64,000 nt of DNA, from contig NC_135252.1 of the NCBI RefSeq assembly GCF_964204865.1, positions 3,348,001 to 3,412,000 of the forward strand, written 5' to 3'. This DNA comes from Styela clava (lineage: Eukaryota). Below, piece after piece: positions 39,901-64,000 of this stretch. The position numbers and the translations under genes were made by a program. Within the stretch, counting starts at the first letter, position 1. Every line of letters begins with the position of its first letter. The notes under the pieces were generated by a model that was given only the letters and a program-made list of their open reading frames with translations, searched no databases and had not been told where the DNA came from.

Positions 39901-41734
39901 GTAGGGCAACTGCATCACTATCTGCAGCTTTTTCAAGTTCTTCTGCAAAATTTAAAACTTTTACATATTTATGAAGTTCAAAAGCCAAGAAAATTTTCAT
40001 ATTGTGGAACGAATAATTAGAAAATATGAAAATGGACAAGCTTGAAATCTGGTTTCGAAACAAAGGATAGGTGATTGGGGGATTTCAGAAAATTTGGTCA
40101 ATGGCTATGACCAGACATGCCTTGACATATTGATATCAATATGACATGGTTATATTTTGTCCTGAACAAGGCTCTGCACAATCCATTGCTGGGTAAATAA
40201 CTGATATAGATGGGAAGAAGCAGAATCTTTCCAGTCCGGTATTTCCTACCCAATTCATTATCCCCTGGTTGAGGTGGTGAACAAGGGATTTGAACATTAG
40301 ATTTTAACTTGAGATGACATTGTAGTTGAATCTAACGCTTCAACCACTAAGCCGCCACACCCCATTCACCAATAAATATAGTCTACTTATGAAGCAACAA
40401 ATACAAAGCAAATTAGTAGTTTCTATGAATGTTGCCCATAAGTTTGTGTAAAAGCCTTTTTTAAGTGAATATATTGACAATACTGAATTACTAGCAGTAC
40501 TAACATCTTTATACCTTTCTTAGGAGCATGAAAAAGTTTTTCACGCATCCTTGATGGTAATTCTTCATTAGAGACAATGTAACCAGCAAAAGCATCCAAT
40601 TTCTTTGAAAATTCTTCAATTTGACTTTCAATATTTTCAAGAACATGAATATCAAGGGCTTTAAACATTGCATATAGACAAAAAACATTAAGGATTTCTA
40701 TACATTGATTACTTGATGAGCATTCACAACATAATAACCTACAATGGAAACATTTTTTATCCAATATTCAGTCGTGATTTTTCCGGTAGAATGAGCTACA
40801 TCTTTTGGCATATTTTAGAGTCTGTGATATATATCTGCCAATTAGCAACTAAATAAACTATTAACTTTTGAATGAAGATTTAAAGGATACGGGCCTTTTC
40901 TTTTATTGTTCCTAATATTCCCTCCTCACTCCAAGAACTTGTGCTGATTTCACTGAGATCTAGAGTACCCTCTGAGGTAAGCCTTTGTGGCCATTCATCC
41001 TAAAAATAAAGTATATTCCGTACATTTAATAAGCTAATACATGATGAAGCAGTGCATTAGTATACCAATGACAATCAGTGTCAGATGTAAATATAAACCA
41101 AGTGTCAGCAAATTTGTCTTGAAGGGTGAGAGTTGTGACTGTATCATGTTACTGTCAAAAAAGAATTTTGTAAATACCGGTATGTTCCTGTCGTGAGCAT
41201 ATTCACGTGATTAGACATTTGTGTGTCATGAACTACAGAGATTTTATCACATATTTGTTAGAATTGAGAGATGCAAGAAAACCCATTTATATGCAAATGC
41301 AAAATATAATGTTTTCAAACATTATGGGAAAAAACTCCTTCAAGACCTCAGATGCAATAAAAGCTAATGTTACTCCACAAATTAACTGATTTGTTTCAGA
41401 CCCAGTTTGATGTAAAGATGTTTGATGTGCATGATTAACCAGACCTGTACATGCTTGGCAACAAACAAGTTAAGAATTGTAAAAAATATTTCCTTTACTG
41501 GTAAATTAATGCTTAGTTTGTTTCCAAGTTTCAAACAAATCTGACCATTTAGTCTCAATAACTTACAATTTTTTCTTCACTCAAAAATTCTTCAAATGTT
41601 TCAGCAGGATGTTTTGATTCTTGTTTCGCTGGTGGATTATCAACTTCGTCGTCTAAACTATTTCCCACAGAGGCCATAAGAGCGGCGATACGAGGATCCG
41701 AAAGCGGATCATTTTTTTCACTTGCACCATACAT
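37000..41734 (-). CDS. FAM227B: FAM227B-like (FWWh domain) protein, 5' 9 coding exons (about 375 aa); 3' exons not found in the window
   Basis: Phase-compatible exons 41734-41567, 40999-40891, 40658-40515, 39942-39818, 39333-39229, 39145-39047, 38780-38679, 37983-37857 and 37146-37000, all GT-AG. The translation includes [109 protein letters not shown] and [16 protein letters not shown]. These match vertebrate FAM227B motifs (FLSEASIALLHDSFWWWFL; LFDRISESYVTLFMSI; YATFHEAFPES). The last exon ends in a phase-1 donor (C|gtgagt) with no stop. Confidence 0.9.
38098..38428 (-). mobile_element. tRNA-derived SINE, family S1, near full length
   Basis: B-box-like ggttcgaatgcc in the head and a 3' tail aaatcttatct. 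Homologous to 42324-42489, 44848-44997 and 62611-62943. Confidence 0.65.
40205..40362 (-). mobile_element. Short tRNA-derived SINE, family S2 (related copies near 45155-45265 +, 55735-55866 -, 61778-61925 +)
   Basis: A-box-like tggcggcttagtggtt and a B-box-like motif (tgttcaaatccc), followed by the shared core ccacctcaaccagggg.taat.aattgggtagg. Confidence 0.55.
40659..40890 (-). other. U12-type (minor spliceosome) GT-AG intron in FAM227B
   Basis: 5' splice site GTATCCTTT (U12 consensus RTATCCTTT) and branch site TCCTTAAT (plus-strand 40687-40694) about 30 nt from the AG. There is no polypyrimidine tract directly before the AG. Splicing keeps the frame (KEKAP|LDIHVL). Confidence 0.8.
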
Positions 41735-42323
41735 TTCAATATGCAAGTAAAAAAATTTTTTACAATAGGCCTGCTTACTAGCAGTTACTATAAAGCTGTA
41801 TGAAGAGAAAATAAATTGGATAAGCTATATAAATGTCATCAGTTGTTAATGACTTGAAATAAAAGTCGAAACAGAGTCCTGCATTTCCCAGACTGTTTGA
41901 TTATTTCTGTTTATTAATTCAGTACCTAATTTGGTAATCCTTACAAACCGGTTGATATGGTGGTTTTTCATATTTTTCTGGTCTCCTTGTTTAGGTACGA
42001 AATGATATTATCCTTTTTTCTCATTTTTTCCTATTTTGTTATAACTTATATCTCTGTGATTGATCGCTATGAGTGTGAGTGATTTAATATTATGTTTTTT
42101 AGTTTCCTAATTTTGAAATTAGTTCCATTTGCTTTATTTTTATCTATTAGTTATCATTTGTTATGTTGAATATAAAATCAAAATAATCTTATACTTGTAG
42201 AAAGATATATAAAGTTAGCTTATCATGGTGAAATCGGCAGTAAGCATAACCTATGATATTATAGTTTATTTTATGAAAAATCAATTTACTGGAGGTATTT
42301 ATCGCATTTCTTCCTTGCCTCAA

Positions 42324-42489
42324 TAGGATAGGATTTACATATTTATCCCGGGGGAGAGGAAAGGTGATAAGACGGATTAACAATATGGAAAACCACCTTC
42401 TCTCGTCCGGTTACCATTCCATGTCGGGCATGGGATTAGTTAGTTATTTGTTTTCGGAAGCATGGACTTGATGGTGGAGGAAGCCGTAA
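42324..42489 (-). mobile_element. SINE S1, 3' fragment
   Basis: aggataggatttacatatttatcccgggggagagg...catggacttgatggtggaggaagccgta matches 38100-38270. Confidence 0.65.
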
Positions 42490-43091
42490 TAATAAGTTTA
42501 ATACAGTAATAACAGGTATAATAATTTAAAGCACTTGCTTAGTTCTATAGTTGCTAATGCAGTAGTCTAATGGTCTTACCTACTTTTTACCTAACTCTCT
42601 TCCACTTCATATATCAATATATGATAGTATTCAGTTATTCCGTCATTTTGTGTTAGCAAGTTTTATCATACATTATTAGGAGATTAAAACCAAGTCATTT
42701 CTAATGCATTCAGTTTCTGGAGAAATCTTATATTATTTATACCGTTTCCTATTATTGTATTATCTAAACTAGTAAACCTGCGATCATAACAAATAACTCA
42801 TTATTCCAGATTTCTTAAAATGATGGACTAGAAAAGTTGATGAAGCAAAAGGTCGTGAACCGCGTGCATGGTTGCCGGGGCTTCCGATGTTTACGTTCTG
42901 CGTGGGTGCACTCTAATTAGCTCTAACGAATGCTGTTTGCACGGCTGACTGGGCTGATATACCTCACTGACTTGCATGTTTGTGGTGTTTCACTGTTTCT
43001 TCAACATTAACATCCCTGGTGTATTAATATCATCAAGTTGATGATAACGTTTTTTTCAAAATTGAATCAGTTTCTTGTTCGTATTTTCAAT

Positions 43092-43578
43092 GGACCTTTC
43101 CCCTACCTTTGATCCCCGAAAAATTATTCCTATACTTTACCACTGCAAAATTTTCGGGGCTATTTTTAGAGTGCTTTTGCGAGTTGGCGCCTGTAAAATG
43201 GGGTATGTGTTTCAAATCATCATTATTATTCATCGCATACAACAATCTGTTTTTTAAAAGTACCGGTAAAGAATTTTAGCCTAGTCTATCACAGCTAGTT
43301 CTACACTAATTTTTTAATACTGCAATTAAATTAAAACTCCTAGGAAGACAGAGTGATCATTGAATTATCTGATTTATATTTAAGTTTTCGAAACACGAGT
43401 GAAAACTAAAGAATAGAGTTCAAAACGCGAAAACGAGGTAATTTTACGACCACGCTTGAAAATATATCTGAGTGAAAGTGTCTGAGCGGAGCGGAGCATT
43501 GTTACGTCACTTTTTGCATCTTGCTGATTGGCCAATGTCACGAAGTAATCAAGAAAGTCGATGCTCGGGGAAAGGTCC
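43092..43578. mobile_element. 487-bp MITE, ISL2EU/Harbinger-like
   Basis: Perfect 12-bp TIRs GGACCTTTCCCC / GGGGAAAGGTCC, each flanked by AT (43090-91, 43579-80). GG termini with a 2-bp AT TSD fit ISL2EU-type elements. Confidence 0.65.
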
Positions 43579-44034
43579 ATACCAGACACAATCAGAATTT
43601 TTTGGAGCCAAATGGAGGCTTATCGCCATGTGTGGCCGTGGCAGCAGCGGATGATATCGAATGTTTTAAAGAAACAACTTCCACCGTTCCACTTCCATTA
43701 ATTTCCCAATTCCCTTTCAAAACCCAAACAGCGTGTAATACTTTGCAAACGTTCAGAAGAGTCAGTCTGTGTACAGCCGCAACTACTATTCTATGCGACA
43801 GCGAGGAATGCAGCAATTTTACCTGGCGACGAACAACAACTGATCGTCAAGTTATTATTCTGATACAGCGTAGGTATGAATAGTTCCGAGTACAACGGTT
43901 ACTGGGGAACCTAGAAGCGGCTGTGACATTGAAAAATTCTTTCACACAGGATCCAGACTTGACAGATCGCCCACTATAGGGTCATCTCGGAAAAAATATT
44001 CGAATATATACGCATTTCTCCTTACATGTCAAGT

Positions 44035-44109
44035 TTTATTAACAGCATAATCCTAGCTAGATGCATCCCATGTCCCACTATCTAGAAAACATAAAATGGA
44101 TATTTTATT
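44035..44109 (-). terminator. Candidate polyadenylation signals of BLTP2
   Basis: AATAAA on the minus strand at 44104-44109 and 44035-44040, 370-440 nt after the stop. The hexamer is common in AT-rich DNA, so usage is unproven. Confidence 0.4.
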
Positions 44110-44479
44110 GCATTTTTGTCATAATTTATCTGTATTCGGACTGATTGTAGTGAGATTAAAACAATTAAGGTATACAAAGTGAAAATTAAAAATACCAAAG
44201 CATTAATTGCTATTTCAAAGTAAACACATGAGCCATGCAAACATATACAATAGCAAAAAAGGAACACAGTGCCAACAATCTAGAAATATTCCTCTCTCAC
44301 ATTACCGCAAATGTATTAATACTCAAAAAACGAACAAAGCCAGAGGAATTACCATGATATAGTATATTTATCTACCTACCTTAATGTTTTAGTGAATATA
44401 TATAACATACATGAACTGCATTTGGCAAATAAATACACTTGCTTTGATATATTTTTTATATATATAACAAATAATAGAA

Positions 44480-63414
<18,935 letters not shown>

Positions 63415-64000
63415 CTGCACAAAATCAAATAGATATTACAAGTCACAATGAATTAAAAAGCAAAATAAATGAAATCGTAATCAGTCTAAAGACACATGTT
63501 TCCCAAAGCCTCAATTTCCTATTTATTTCTGGAACAACAACTCAGCAAAACCAAACTAAGGGTGATATTGAGAATTGAAACTTTAGCAGTTGTACACTGA
63601 CAGATTTTTAATCATGAATGTAAACATTGCCCCATTTCTCTAGTTTTACACTGGGCTGTAGAGTCATAATTTGCCATGTGTTCACTGGATTTGTGGGAGT
63701 AGTAGATGAAATTCCCCATAATCGGAAGTCAGTATTTCAGATCCTCTATGCCAGTGGCTCACAAACTTTTTGAGCTGCGCCCCTTTTTTATATATTGTCA
63801 AGTCTTGCACCCACCTCAAAAATAACTAGCTAACAATAAGCTAAAAATAACAGATAGTAAGGTGAAACTATGTTTTATTCAAAAAAAAACAAGTTGAAAA
63901 TATGTGGATGGAAAGTAAATAATGGAATAAATGAAAAGTTTTGAAATAATGCGGGCAAGATCAAATTTAAAAAATATTTCTATTTTCAATTAGCATCACG

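Noticed and set aside
39550-40890. Apparent premature stops suggesting FAM227B is a pseudogene
   Set aside because: The stops disappear when the U12 donor at 40890 and the donor at 39817 are used; all 9 exons are then open and phase-compatible.
43521-43883. 120-aa plus-strand ORF and overlapping minus-strand ORFs
   Set aside because: Non-ATG start inside a MITE end, with no recognisable domain or splice structure.

Overview
AT-rich eukaryotic genomic DNA, probably from an invertebrate chordate such as an ascidian (inferred from gene content, compact introns and repeats; not proven). Three spliced genes were reconstructed by hand from splice signals and exon phases. (1) A + strand FGF gene of the FGF3/7/10/22 type: coding exons 24640-25540, 29074-29177 and 29391-29624, 412 aa, with a TATA box and a non-coding first exon. 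(2) A - strand FAM227B-like (FWWh domain) gene, absent as such from the ORF track: 9 coding exons from 41734 down to 37000, one U12-type intron, and no C-terminal exons found in the window. (3) The 3' 24 exons (about 1325 aa) of a - strand BLTP2/KIAA0100/Hobbit lipid-transfer gene, 63414 to 44480. The main observation is that the FGF gene and about 24 kb of gene-free upstream DNA appear to lie antisense inside one very large FAM227B intron, mirroring vertebrate FGF7 within FAM227B. This suggests an ancient nested-gene regulatory block. The FGF precursor is also unusual, with an internal hydrophobic segment about 190 aa from the first Met followed by a convertase-like site. The non-coding DNA carries Merlin-like, hAT-like, ISL2EU-like and Tc1-like MITEs, tRNA-derived SINEs, a 26-bp tandem array of Staf/ZNF143-like sites and a decayed ORF of about 1 kb.
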